Shown here piece by piece: positions 1-12,775 of a stretch of DNA of 64,000 bases; the stretch's first letter is position 1, and each line of letters starts with the position of its first letter. Position numbers and translations under genes: made by a program. The DNA is taken from contig MU057615.1 of assembly GCA_013265495.1 (NCBI GenBank), forward strand, positions 1 to 64,000, written 5' to 3'. Below the pieces are notes generated by a model. That model made no database searches. It worked only from the letters and a program-made list of their open reading frames with translations, and had not been told where the DNA came from. This DNA comes from Vicugna vicugna. Taxonomy: Eukaryota.

Positions 1-241
1 TTCACAACTGCCTCTCCCAGATCACTAAACTCGGTAGCAGCCTGACAGCAAATACAGTATTATTTCCTTTTTTTTTTTTTTTTTAAAACAGAGCCTGGCC
101 ATGATTCTCAGAAGCTAAAAACAAGGATGCTTGCAAAGTATGAATATGCACCACTTTAAAATCTGGCATTGCCAGAGATGTCTCAATAAATGGAGTATGA
201 TGCAAAGGGAACTGCCCTGAACTTTTCACGTGCAAGAAATA

Positions 242-892
242 TGAGATCTGAGAATCACAAACGCAAAACGAGGCCATACATGAGCCCCTGTGTCCCTCTC
301 CTCGGAAGTACAAGGCTTTTCCTTTAGTCTCGCAGGCCTCCCCTGAGTCTCAAAAGGCTGACTCAAGAGCGAACCATCAGGAAATGTGAGGATTTAGAGA
401 CAAGGAATACCTGCTGGACCCGGAAACTGGTAACAATCTGAACTACAGACCTTCACACAGCAGAGTCACTGAACTCCCAGTTTCCTGTAAGATACAGATA
501 AAGGCCTGACGCACACTCCTAACTTCCTCTTACAGAAAGCAGATCCCCCACCAGGTGAAAACTACCATCTGCAAGCACGCAGACCCCAGACAGGCAGAAA
601 CCAGAAGACTGGGGATGCTCGACACACCACCATGATGCCAGCCATCCGAGAACTGAGCACTGATCATGAGAACCGAGAGCTGATCACGCACCCTGCAGCT
701 CCCTCCCTCACACTGCCTTTAAGAACCTTTCCCTGAAAGCTATCGGGAAGTTGGGGTCCTTTGAGCATGAGCTGCCCATTCTCTTTGCTTGGCACCTGCA
801 ATAAACGCTGTACTCTGCTTCACCATGACCTGGTGACAGAAGACTGGCTTTACGACGTGTGGGTGAGTGGACCCAAGTTTGGTTTGGTAACA
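242..892 (+). mobile_element. ERV1-class solo LTR
   Basis: Ends ...GACCCAAGTTTGGTTTGGTAACA (892), a typical ERV1 U5 terminus. AATAAA at 800-805, TATA-like TTTAAGAA at ~718. 5' boundary approximate; no clear TSD. Confidence 0.8.
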
Positions 893-1116
893 ACTTCTGA
901 TCTGTATGGCTAATTATGGTAAGTGCTTATGGCTCCCTCTAAGCCAGGCCACAGGTGTGACAGTCGTGCCTAAGACTCACAGTGATGGAGGTGCTCACAC
1001 TTCTCCAGTGAGTCTACACACGACTGTATGAGCCAGGAGCCAGGTACAGGTCTTCTACCCAACTTGGGATAATGTGCACTCCTCGGCTTTTTATTCCTCA
1101 GTAGTGCCAGTGATGT

Positions 1117-1580
1117 TGTTAGAGCAGGCAGATAGCCAGGTACGAGCAGAGAAAGGGGGATGCAGGCCAAATGGCAGGAAGTGGACAAAAAGGAGGGGAA
1201 CAGGCCAAATGCAGGAAACCATACATCATGCAAACAACAGGGGTCCCTGGACACAGAAAGAAAACCAGGACCTCTGGGCTGATAAGCGGTCACACATTTT
1301 GGGGTGACAAGTGGCTGGAGGCTGACAAAAAAAGGTGAAAAAAGGCAGGAATCTCCAGTGTCCAAATGTAACCTTTTGCTCATTATGCCCTCATTTCAAT
1401 AAAATGAGCCTTGCAGATTAGAAGTACCCATCATGCACCGATGCCATGACACTTCCGAGCCAGACTAAATAAGGACAAAAATCCCTCCTCCCCTCTGGAA
1501 GGTGGAGCTGGCGTGGAAATCAGGGGATGTGACCCCAAACCCCTCCCTCCCCAATGAATATTCCACCCATTCAAACTCAG
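1117..1580 (+). mobile_element. ERV1 LTR, 5' (U3) portion, 3'-truncated
   Basis: Starts TGTTAGAGCAGGCAGATAGCCAGG, resembling MER61/LTR27-like LTR starts. Internal duplicated CAGGCCAAATG(G)CAGGAA motif. No U5 end seen. Confidence 0.6.
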
Positions 1581-3714
1581 TGCTGGGAAGGGCTCCTTTT
1601 CACATCCTCACACCACGGCCATCCCAGGGGCTGGCTCGGGCCCCCACCCGGTGCAGTGGTTCCTTACACGTGACTACTGAGCAGCCGGGAGCAGGGGTGC
1701 CGGCCAGCAAGGTGAGGCTGGGGATCAGGTGCGTCTCCACAGTGAGGGGCCCCTGCCCTCCTGTACCTAGAATCACGATTGGTCTGGTGTAGGAATCCTG
1801 TATTTAAAAATAAACAATTTCAGTGTTGAATTAATTCTCAACATTTATTAGTCTTTCCAGTTTGAAGGTTACTGTCTTACAAGTGAATTTCACAAACGTC
1901 TTCCACGTGCACGGAACCCCTGGAAATCGCAGCGGGTGACACAAAGCACAGCTCCCAGGCAGCGACCTCCAGGAGCAGCTGAAAATGTCTGGGGTCAGAC
2001 GTACATTCAGCCTACAGGATACACGGAGAATATGATCTGAGTGCCACCACTGAAGGGCTTGTTCGTCTTGTCTGTTTTAACTCCGACAGTAGCTGAAAAA
2101 AGGCACCAACTGAACGATGGTGGTGTCTTGTGGAGTCAGGGAGGGCATCAACATGAGCCTTGGAGAGTCAATATCATGTTTATAGAAGGATAAACTAGAC
2201 AGTCATCCCAGGAGAGGACCAGGATGAGCGGAGGCGTGGAACATAAGGGAAGCTGGGGGCAGGCTGCTGGTCCTGCACGCCCAAGGCATCGTGCTTCTGA
2301 CAGCACAGTGCGCAATGAGGCTGAGGGAGGCTGGAGGCAAACCGCAGGAGGACCTTCTACAGGCACCTGGGACCCCACAAGGTTTCTGAGCAGAAGAGCA
2401 CTGAACTCAGACCTACCTCCAGGAAGACAGCGGTACCTACAGTGAAGACGGCATGGAAGAGAGAGTATTTCACATGGGAAAGCCAATTAGGAAATTATGA
2501 CACAGCCCAGGCAAAAGACAGCGCAAGCCTGAAGAAAGAGCAGGAAGAAATTAAAGATACAAAGGAAAGCGCTCCTGGAGCAAAGTTCCAAGGGGCAGAA
2601 GACAGCTATCAATGCAGGAGAGAGGAGCAGAGGGGCAGCTGGGGGCCAGCGAGGACACCCCTCCCCAGCAGGGCAGGGCTGGGAGACGAGACGCTGGGTG
2701 GACAGGGGCTGCCAGTCTGGGATGCACCTGGGAGCGTGGATTGCCAATGTCCCCACGAGCACAAGGCGCCCGCCACCGCCACCGCCACCCACAGTCCGGG
2801 AAGCAGAGGGAAGTGAGTGTCTCCACGAAGGCCCGCCTCCCTCGCTCAAATCCTCAGTGATCACCAGTGAGGGGCAGAAGATACACGCGTTGTTCATTCT
2901 TTCTCGGGAAAGATCACTGTTTCCTTCCCTCCCTCCCGTGTGAGCCCTTGGCCTTCCTGGGGTCCTTCCTGGGGTGGCTCTGACACTGTCCATCCCCCCT
3001 TGCACCTGTGCTCGGCACTTTGGAGGGCGTGGCCCCACACACTCCTGAGCGGCCAGCTGCATCTGGGAAAGTTCCAGGCAGGTTTCCTGCAGCTTCTGTG
3101 ATCCCGGCCACTGCAGCTCTCTGACGCCAGGGACCAGGTGATGCCGGCGATATCAAAAGCTCAAGAAAGACAGCAGGGGCGTGGTACCACAGGATGGCTG
3201 AGAAGGTGGGGACATGGCCCATGTTCGTGGGGCTCCTTCCTCTCCGAAGAGTGCCTGGGTTTGGGGAGTAACGGGACCCCATGCAGAGCCCCATGTCTGG
3301 GGGTGATGCCCTGGGATGCTCACACAGGGCCCGGCAGTGTCTGTGCACTCGGGAAACCCCAGACACAGCAACGTAAGCCACTTCCACTGGAGTCAATCTG
3401 AAATGACATGTGTGGTCATCTCTATGAAAACAATGTTGTCAAAACATCAGACACTTGGGTGGGGAAATAATCCCCACTTACAGCATCACCGCTCGACAGA
3501 AAACATTACCTAACTAGCGTGCTTTTAAACTGCAGTATCTTTTCCAAAAAACCTAAATCATTCCAGCAGTTTGAGTGACTGAATCACATCTGGACAGAAC
3601 TACAGACGAACACATTTCTTTTCATTCTCTTCTATATTAGGCACGTTGCTGATCTCCCGTTCGGACTTGGGGCAAGGTGTACACACACCTGCCTGGCTAA
3701 ACAGACCTAACAGA

Positions 3715-4315
3715 CTGGAGTGGCTGAGACCGAGGAGCAGAAGACCCTGCTCACCTCCTCCCAGGGGCCCCCCGAAACTGCAACTATTCACAGGGCTTCT
3801 GTCTATGAGAATGAATAAAGACAAGCAGAAAAGATTTTCCAGAACTAAAGATATAAAGAGGGAACCACGATGAGACAGGCAGGAGGAGCAGAGACGGGGT
3901 GTAGTCAAGACCCCAGCTCCAGGTGGAGGGTGGGAGGAGAACCACCAATGGGGAGACAATCACAACTGCAGAGCCTCCTTCAGGAGCAGGAGGCTCAAGG
4001 CCCCCATCAAGCTCCACTGCACGAAGGTCCTGCACCAGGAAGATGAGACCCCAGACGTCTGGCTTTGAAAGCCTGAGAAGCTTCCTTTCTGGAGAGCTAG
4101 CGGGCGGTGGGAAGTACTCCACACTCACAGGCTCACACAAAGTCTCACGTGCTCCAGGACCCAGGATAGAGCAGGCACTTGAAGAAGCCTGGGTCAGACC
4201 TACCTCTTCATCTGGGAGTCAGGAGGCAACTGGAGCTCACCTTGGGAACATGGACACTGACAACAGCCATTTACGGGAGCTTCTGCTACCACGTGGACAT
4301 TGATGCTGGCAATCC
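3715..4315 (+). mobile_element. L1 5'UTR fragment (cetartiodactyl type)
   Basis: Homologous to the reverse complement of 20100-20680, e.g. GGTCCTGCACCAGGAAGAYGAGAYCCCAGA..TGGCTTTGAA and CTACCACGTGGACAYTGRTGC. Confidence 0.8.
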
Positions 4316-4884
4316 TCAGTTTACAATGTTGTGTCAATTTCTGGTTGCCAGCACAATGCTTCAGTCATACATGAGTCTACATACGTTCACTTTCATATTC
4401 CTTTTCACCGTGAGCTACTGAATATGGTTCCCTGTGCTTTACAGTATAAACCTGTTTATCTTTTTTATATATACCAGTCGGTATCTGCAAATCTCAAACT
4501 CCCAGTTTACTGCTTCTCAACCCACTCTCCCCTGGTAACCATAAGTTTGTTTTCTATGACTGTGAGTCTGTTTCTGTTTTAGATATAAGTTCATTTGTCT
4601 TTTTTTTTCTTTTAGATTCCACATATGAGTGATCTCATACGGTATTTTTCTTTTTGTGGCTTACTTCACTTAGAATGACGTTCTTCAGGTCCATCCATGT
4701 TGCTGCAAATGGCATTGCTTTTATCATTTTTATGGCTGAGTAGTATTCCACTGTATAAATATACCACATCTTCTTTATCCAGTCATCTGTGGATGGACAT
4801 TTAGGTTGTTTCCATGTCTTGACTATTGTAAATAGTGCTGCTATGAACATTGGGGTGCAGGTGTCTCTTTGAATTGAGGTTCCC
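4316..4884 (-). mobile_element. Young L1 3' end (ORF2 C-terminus + 3'UTR), terminal poly(A) missing
   Basis: ORF 4635-4895 encodes the L1 ORF2 C-terminus TCTPMFIAALFTIVKTWKQPKCPSTDDWIKKMWYIYT. 3'UTR matches other copies in the window. Confidence 0.95.
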
Positions 4885-6030
4885 AATAAAGACATTTTCT
4901 GATTGGGTTCTTTGCTTAGCTGGGTCAGGACAAGTCATCAGACACACAGTTTGTATGGGATTAAATCATTTTTGGCCTGGTGGTTCCAGTAGAGAATGAT
5001 TTTTGAATGAGTTAACAAGAAGGCTTCAACATCTATAGTCATTTATGCTTTTGGTTTTTAGGAGAAAATGGCGAATGACAAATAACTGGAGTGTCTGAGA
5101 CTTATTAAAACCAAAGGTTCCAGAGGATGTGTCTTGGAGTCATTTGAGGTTTCCGCCGTTGTCTGTGCCTTACACAGCTCCAGGGCTGCACCACCCACGA
5201 GGATGCAGGTTTGCTGCCTAGAAAGACTGGGCGGCAGAGGGTGCTGGTGATGGAGAAAGTGAGTCTTGGTCACCAGGTTATCCTCAGTGCTCCCTCGGCA
5301 TGCCCTTTATGAGTTCCGTATGTATTCATTGGATTCTCCTGTGTGCTTATTCTTTGGAAACAGCATCCTGGTTGGTAGGTGTAAGACAACGTAGTTTAAG
5401 ACATTTGCCATCTAATCTAAAAACAGGCCAAATTCACTTGCCTTAAAGAAGTCCCAGGGGCAAAGAAATAAAAAAGAAGTGTCCACATGTGTCCAGAGAG
5501 AGTCACAGCTTCCACTGCAGGACCAGGAGGGCCTTTGCCCTGACCCGTGCGGCCGGGCTTGTTGCGGGACGTGAGAGGGTGTGGGCTCCAATGGCAGCTG
5601 TCTGTTTACTCATGTCACAGTGAATCTTAGGGACAGTTCCATGCAGAATTTTACTGTTGGCATGACAAGGTCATGGACTATCTGTGAAGACAGCCTTTGA
5701 ATTTAAAGTCCTATCTGATTGAATTCCCCTGATGACTCAATGGTAAGATATCAGACCACATAGATCTTACCTATGCCAGAGTTAAATGAGGGAAATTTTG
5801 ATTTCTGCAGGAAGTCCAGGGTTTCAGGTTTACCACGCATCTGAGAACGGAGCAGGTGGTGACAAGAGTGTACCCAGATCTCTCGGCAGAGCTGTCCTTA
5901 GCTTGGTGTGGTAGGTCGTAGAGTCTGAGTACTTATGGATAAAGGCAAAGATTTTTGTGCTTCATTTCTTCATTTTATGTTTTAGATGCGCCCTTTAGTG
6001 TGAAAAACTCAGCAGAAGTCTAAGTCATTT

Positions 6031-6544
6031 TGTTACCAAGTCCAAACTTGTTCTGCTCACTGCACAACAGGCCAATAAATTGGGAGACGAGGTGTTGGGG
6101 CAAGGAATAGCGACTTTATTTGGAAAGCTGGCAGACCCAGAGGATGGCAGACTAATGTCTTGGAGAACCGTCCTACTCAAGTCAGAATTCAGGCTCCTTT
6201 TGTATTATAAAGGGGAGGGGGTGTGGTTGGTTGTTGCAAACTTCTTGGTGTAGGAACCCTTTGTTCTTGCAGCTGCCTATGTGGGTCAGGTCATGGTGCC
6301 CCTGTAAAACCTCTAACACAACAAATGTTTATTTTCTATTCTGCAACTTGTTATGTTTGTATAAGTACAAAAGTGTTAATATCCTTAAAGGTTAGAGCCT
6401 TGAGAACAGGCTCTCCTGTATATTTCAGGCTAAAGGCAACATTCCTTTATCAAAGATGCAAGACTAAGCCTAGAAAACAGGGTGCAGGGTTAAAGCCAAA
6501 GATACAGATCTAACATAGAGTCAGATTCGTTCTTTGCTGTTACA
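6031..6544 (-). mobile_element. ERV1 solo LTR, family A copy 1
   Basis: TGTTAC...TGTTACA termini, perfect 4-bp TSD ATTT (6027-6030 / 6545-6548), minus-strand AATAAA at 6115-6120. Homologous to the copies at 11.1, 14.7 and 45.6 kb. Confidence 0.95.
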
Positions 6545-6949
6545 ATTTGATTAAGTTCTGAGAAACCTGCTGAACAGGAAATGAGCTATATTATGCTCAC
6601 CTACAGGTCGCAGTGTCTTTGGAAAATTATGTATCCCAAACTTTATGGCTATACATGCAGTTTCTGGTCGTTGTTTTGATCTGTTGCTGTTTGTCAAAGT
6701 ACTTAAAAAAATCGAATTGCCGTAATGGAAACGAAGAGCTCCCATCTCATAAATAATCAGAGTAACCATAGAGATGTGCTGTCTGAATGTATCCTTGTTG
6801 TTCAGAAGACTAATTGAGCCTATTAGATTGAAGTATGTTCCTTGACTTGATCAAAATTGATAAGTGATCAGCACTAAGTCTGAAACTATGCCACTTTGTC
6901 TAAAATAAAATTGCTTTTTAACTGCTTTTGTATTGCTCAAGTGTATATT

Positions 6950-7095
6950 TTCTTTTTTTTTTCCATCTTTATTGAGATATAATTGACACATAGCATCATG
7001 TAAGTTTATGATTTACAGTGGGTTGAGTTGATACATTTATAAATTGCAAAATGATTACCACAACTCTTCATCCCATCACATAGTTACCATTTAAA
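6950..7095 (-). mobile_element. Old L1 (L1MA-type) 3' end fragment
   Basis: Poly-T followed by TTTATTGAGATATAATTGACACATAGCATCATGTAAGTTT...AATGATTACCACA, a typical L1MA 3'UTR in antisense. Confidence 0.75.
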
Positions 7096-7214
7096 ATGTT
7101 TTTGAAAATCTCTTAGGCTAAGTGCAACCATTGTCCCCAATAAAACCATTTGTGAAGTCTACACACAAATGAATTTTGGATCTCATGGCCACTGTTAAAA
7201 TAATTTTAGACCTC

Positions 7215-7560
7215 TGTTTATTGGCTAGGGAACACTAAGCTGCTGTAATGAGAGACCACCAGTGACTTGAAGAGTATGGAAATTTCTTATTAGGAATTCC
7301 GAGGCGAACATTCTGGCCCCTCAGGTATCCAGGGAAGCAGGCTGACAATGGATGCTCTGTCATTTTCAGCATGTGACCGCACAGCCTGGAGGGTGCTGCC
7401 TACTCTGTTCACATTTCCCTCGGGGGGAACTGAGTTCTAGGGCTACAGGTAGCTGCAAGGCAGTCTGTGAAATGGGTCCTTGTCTGGCACCCACTTCCCA
7501 CCTGTAACCCTGCTGTTCCGGAAAATTGGGAGAATGGATTTTGGTGGGCATAGATAAGTT
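7215..7560 (-). mobile_element. Old MaLR LTR (MLT1J/K-like)
   Basis: GCTGCTGTAA, CAGGGAAGCAGGCTGA and AGCTGCAAGGCAGTCTGTGAAATG motifs typical of antisense MLT1. Confidence 0.55.
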
Positions 7561-8058
7561 TCTATTGAGAACTGGGATAACTTTAACCTTTATTCCAGTT
7601 TGAAAATATGGCTCCATAAATCCAGAGTCAAGGATGTATTTCCAGACTGAGTTTTTATTACTGTGTTGCAACAGTTTCTAAATGCAGATGCCCAGTAGCG
7701 TTTCTGTCACTGTCCGCACTCATGGTGGCGTTGTCCCCACTGTGGAGTGACAGTGACAGGGTGGACTCGCCTGGGAGGACTGAGCGCTTACCATTTCTAT
7801 TGACTGTCAGTCAGTTATTTGGACACTGACTACATTCTTCTCTTGCCCTGTCAAGAAACCTGAAGTTCGGCAAAATACTCCTTTTCATTTTGAACTTAGA
7901 TATCCCAGAGAGGAGATGTGTTCCAAGACGATGGTCTTGAGATGCTATGAAGGTAAGCTATGCAGAGTTAAAGGATTTGCCACCATGTGTCTAGCTTTCA
8001 CCCACCTGATGTTGATGCCCTCAGATGGTCTCTGTATAAAGATGCAGTTTCCACGATA

Positions 8059-8077
8059 GAACCACTAGGTGGCACCA
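8059..8077 (+). promoter_or_regulatory. Candidate CTCF site
   Basis: CCACTAGGTGGCAC (8062-8075) fully matches the CCASYAGRKGGCRS core. Confidence 0.55.
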
Positions 8078-8912
8078 CAGAGAACATAAATATCCGTACC
8101 AGTGACCAGGGTGCAAAGGTTTGTTCTTTGCTTGAGCATCTGTATTTCATAGCAGCAGAACTTGGTCATTCCTAGAACCTCCGTGAGGCCAAAGCTTATT
8201 AACGTTTCCCCTTCTAGTTCATTCCCTAAAATATGTACGAACAGCTATTACATGTTAATGACAACCGTTTATCAATGTTAGAAATTAAATGCTTAGAATA
8301 TGGACAGTGCACTATGGTTAAAAACCGACAGATGAAGAATAGTGGAAACTGTCTAATTTTTAAATGTGTGATCTAATTTACATGACATTAAGGGCAGTTT
8401 AAGATCCAGTCAGTTTTAAAAATTTCCAGTGTTGAACCACTTGTGGTCATGAACTTTCACAAGAGGAGAACCTCCTCCAGACGTGAACCTTGTTTGTTCC
8501 AGGAGGGGCAGGGTGGTTACTGACCCGGGCACGTCCCACGGCCTGTCGTGGTGCTTCCCCGCTGGCTGGCTGCGCCCCTGGGCAGGACTGAAGCTCCATG
8601 TTGTTGGTTCTACAAAGTCATGACTTACTGCCCTGAGAAACAGCTCTTCAGCAAACAGCTGGCAGCACCCCCCCCCCAGCTTTTAGAACTCACAGACTGT
8701 GCCCTGGCCACATGCTGGCAAAGAGTCCCTGCCCACAGGACTCAGCTCAGCTTCAGGAGGCCCCTGAGATTTCTAGACTGGCAGGAGGGAAGTGTGGGAA
8801 CGAGCAGTGCGGCCCCCCGAACCCTGGCATTCCCCGGTGCTAAGTGTGGGGTGGGGTGAGGGTGCTGCAGAGGCCATTCCTGATGAGTGCCTGGCCCACA
8901 GGAGCATCAGAT

Positions 8913-9476
8913 TGTTACCCCAAGACGGGAAGGGGAAAGACCCCAGTTCTTGTCTTACCCAGAAGATAAGAATTCAGACGGGAGATGGAAGCATTATGTA
9001 GCAAAATATTTTAAAGGTTTTATTAGCAAAGAGAAAGTACACCCCCGAGAACGGGAGGCGGGCGGATCCAAGGAAGATCTCCAAGGGAGAGGGCAGTGGT
9101 CTTTGTTTGCCCCCTTCTCTTATACCCTCGCTTAACGGTGGTCTCTTGATTGACGGCTCTTGTCCCTGGAGTGCTTAGTCATGCTTGTCCCCTTTTGCAC
9201 GTGTCCTTTCCCATGATGCACACAGAAAAATCCACGGAGGTGGGTCCTAAACTGCAGTGCTAATTACATTACAGTGAGCGCTGGGTCATGTCCAGTTGGG
9301 TCCTTGTTGCTGCCATGCCGTTGGGGCTGTCGGGTTCTAACCAGTTTCTTGCCGGCACTCATTTAGAAGAAGTAAAGCCCCTTTGTGCTGGAGACGGGCA
9401 TAGCACCATCTCCTGGACCATCCTCCCTCCCCACCACCTATCTGCCCGGTGTCCCCTCTTACCTAACTAGCTAACA
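8913..9476 (-). mobile_element. ERV1 solo LTR (family B)
   Basis: TGTTA...TAACA inverted termini, perfect 4-bp TSD AGAT (8909-8912 / 9477-9480), minus-strand AATAAA at 9019-9024. Confidence 0.92.
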
Positions 9477-11143
9477 AGATGACAAGGGAGCAGAGCCGTG
9501 CTGGGTAGAAGCGCATGTACAGGCTGTGGGCAGTGAGGACGGAGTCACTTTCTTCCTCTGCCAGCCCTACTCTGCCAGTCTCACCGAGCCCTTTGTGCAC
9601 CTGAAAATACAGTGAACTGATAGCCCCAAAGCTCCCTCCTTTCCATAGAAGGGCTGATGCCTTAGGTCTGGCTTTTTGTATTTCTCTTCAGCAACTCTGC
9701 CTTCTAGAATTTCCCACTCTAGTCCCATCGTTTCTTCTGTGTGGTCCTGGTAGGACTTTGAGTATCTAAGGAAGCTGCTAAATGCCACTAAATATTCTGG
9801 AGTTTACTTCAGGAGTCAGTGCCTCAATAGAATTCAAATGAATGAAGCCATAAATAAAGCACGTTGAGTTTAATTGAGGAGAAGGTCATGATACGAAGCA
9901 GGGATATAATAGGAATCAGGCAACTGGAGATTGCTCTCCTGTGTTTAATATGCATTTTTTTCCTACTGAAGGTAAATAACTTCCAGACAAAGGCATCTGT
10001 GCTGGCAGGAAATGAAAGGCCACCCAGTAGAGGTGCCATTGTGTGCTTTTAATGGTGGTGGGAGCTTTCAACAGACAGATGTTCTCCATTGCTGGTGCAA
10101 TAAACTCTCCGGTTTCATGGGTCCCTTAAGGAACCCCGAATGTGGTTAAGCCACACAGTTTGGTCTTACCTTATTCTGGGCTGGCTGGATTCTGAACTCT
10201 GGCCATCTAACTGAATGGGGCTTTTAGTAAGTCTGTGATAACAAGACAACATTCCATTTAGGAAACTTCTCTTTTTGTTGTTGACACGTATCAGATTTTA
10301 CCATTTAACTAGAAAACAAACTGTTCTGCTGCATAAAAACTTTCAGCTGCATCACAACTCTAGATACAATCGCAACTCTCCCCAGTTTAATCCATGTACT
10401 TATTAGTTACGGTCTTGCATGCCAGTCAGATGCAGCTAAAGATTTATAATCAGTACCATTTCAAAGAAAACGCTAGGATTGATTTATGGGGCCAGCCTCC
10501 CGATCTTCTATCTTCCTGCTTTCCCCTCCCACCAATTTTTTTTTTTAAAGGAGAAAACGACTATTTCTTCTGCAAACTAAGAACTCCAGCCCTGACCCCA
10601 GCTTCGTTGATAACCTCAAGTAAATTGCTTTCCGGCAGCAAGCCCGTTTTTAAAGAGTACCCGGGGCCTGGTGGAATACGGGAATCAGTTCTCCCTGAGC
10701 AGAAAACATTCAGAAGAATTGCTTACCCTCCATGTTTGCATGTTTACTCGGAGATACTTCCATTTTTGAACAGTCCTAATTCTTGAAAAATTCCTCTCAT
10801 GCAGCTACAATCTGCCCCTTTTACTTTTGTCCACTAACCCTGCATTTGCCCTCTGGAGTCTCATAGAAGTCTGACCCATCACCCACGGATGCTTTTCAAT
10901 GTTGAAAGCAGTCTCCGCTTTCGTGTGCACGTGCTCAGCTGCCTCTGCCCCTCAGCATGGCTGGGGCTCCCCCGGACCACCTAGCTGCCTCCCCTGGGCT
11001 AGGTGAGCCTGGCCACTTCAGAAACACTGTGACTATTTCAGCCTTTAGCTTGAGAGTATGAATAGATTTTTTTTAACTAGATTTGGATAAATAATTTAGT
11101 TAAGTATTTCATACTGGTTTGTAGACTCCATTGGGAGCAGATA

Positions 11144-11631
11144 TGTTCAGTTAATATTTACTAAGATGAGGTGTTGGGGCGAGGAATAGCAACTTTATTC
11201 AGAAAGCCGGCCTACTGAGAGGATGGCAGACTAATGTCTTGGAGAACCATCTTACTCAAGTCAGAATTCAGGCTCCTTTTATACTAAAAAGGGGAGGGTG
11301 TGTGGTTGGTTGTTGGAAACTTCTTCCTGTAGGAATTCTTTGTTCTTGCAGCTGTCCACGTGGGTCAGGCCATGGTGCTCCTGTAAAACCTCTAACACAA
11401 CAAATATGATTTTCTATTCTGCAACTTGTTATCTTTATAGGAGGGCAAAAGTGTTAATATCCTTAAAGGTCAGAGCCTTGAGAACAGGCTCTCCCGTGTA
11501 TTTCAGGCTAAAGGCAACATTGCTATACCAAAGGTGCGGAGCTGGCAAGACTGAGCCTAGAAGATGGGGCACAGGGTTAAAGCCAAAGGAACAGATCTAA
11601 TATGGGGTCAGATTTGTTCTTTTCTGTTATA
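11144..11631 (-). mobile_element. ERV1 solo LTR, family A copy 2 (U5 end damaged)
   Basis: From ~11164 it is collinear with 6085-6544. Probable TSD GATA (11140-11143 / 11632-11635). Confidence 0.9.
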
Positions 11632-12469
11632 GATATGCAGTAGAATTGTGAAAGGGTAAGACATTGAAGGGGGTGAACTGTAACCCTTTCAAAAAAGTGA
11701 GAAGTCTTTACATCAGAACTATAGTAAAGGCAAGAAAAGCTTTAATTTCCTCAGCACTCCCTAACCCCTCACTCCGCTGGGCTTGTGAGTCTCCTGAGAT
11801 AAACGGTGCTCAGGGGTTTGGCTGCCACCTTCCAGTGTTTTCCAGCAAACACACAGCTTAGGCATCATTGCAGAAACTCCTCACTTTAAACAAGACATTG
11901 TTTCCCCCCTGGTGAGTGGGATTCCCAATGCCAAGGTCAAGCAGCATCTAAGAGGAGACTTGCAGACTCTGTGGATCAGATTCTTTTGTTTCTGCTCCTC
12001 TTCTTGCAGGCTTGCAGTCCTGTACCCCGGATGTCACAGGAGCAGCTGAATGGATACAGTGTTCTCTTGAGCACTGGAGCTGCTCCTAGAACCTCTAAGC
12101 AGCTCCGTGCTTTTTAGCAATGTGTCATACTTGTGCATATTTTTGCTTTTGTGGTTTTTCCAAGGTCTGGTGGCAAGTTGTGAGGAACGCTGGTCCTGGA
12201 CTTCCAGGGGCACAGTGGGGAGAGATCATGGCACTCAGAGGCAGACTGGTTCCCTCCTGATGGAGCCGGGTCGCTGTGAAAATCCTCTTGGGGCACCTGT
12301 CTCTGCTGCTGCAGCCATCGAATGAGTCAGTTACATTAAAAAGCTCTTAAATACCATGTATTTCTGCAGTTCCGCTGTGTATCAAAGATTTGGACTCTGT
12401 TAGAGAGCGTCATGCAGCAATACGAACTGTGGACATACAACCATCTCTTCCCTCTCCCTCCTCTCTGCC

Positions 12470-12665
12470 TATGTGTATGTCTGATTGTGTTTCTGTGTAA
12501 ATATGTGAGGGCAAGACCGGCAGGGGATAGACAAAAATGTTCACTGTCATTATTCCAGGGGGTTGGATTATGGATGGTTTAAATTTCCTTCTGCATACTT
12601 TACCAAGTCTTAGAAATGTTGCACAGTTTGAGTGCATTACACTTACAAGTGGGCAAAATAAACCT
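12470..12665 (+). mobile_element. Ancient L1ME-like 3'UTR fragment
   Basis: AAAATGTTCACTGTCATTATTCCAGGGGGTTGGATTATGGATGGTTT pattern typical of L1ME 3' ends. Confidence 0.5.
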
Positions 12666-12775
12666 TATTGGAAGTATTATTCACCTCATCATTCTATAGA
12701 GGACATATCCCAGGGTTACACGTGGGCAGAAATGGACCGTCTCTGCAGCCCACACTCACTGTTCATAGTTGAGTC

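Noticed and set aside
2148..3401. Cluster of overlapping 70-190 aa ORFs in GC-rich DNA
   Set aside because: Expected from low stop-codon frequency at high GC; no recognisable domain or consistent exon structure.
3510..3599. Possible minus-strand exon with AG/GT boundaries
   Set aside because: Stops in all three frames; no other support.
10020..10040. CTCF-like CCAGTAGAGGTGCC
   Set aside because: Mismatches at the critical GGC positions of the core.
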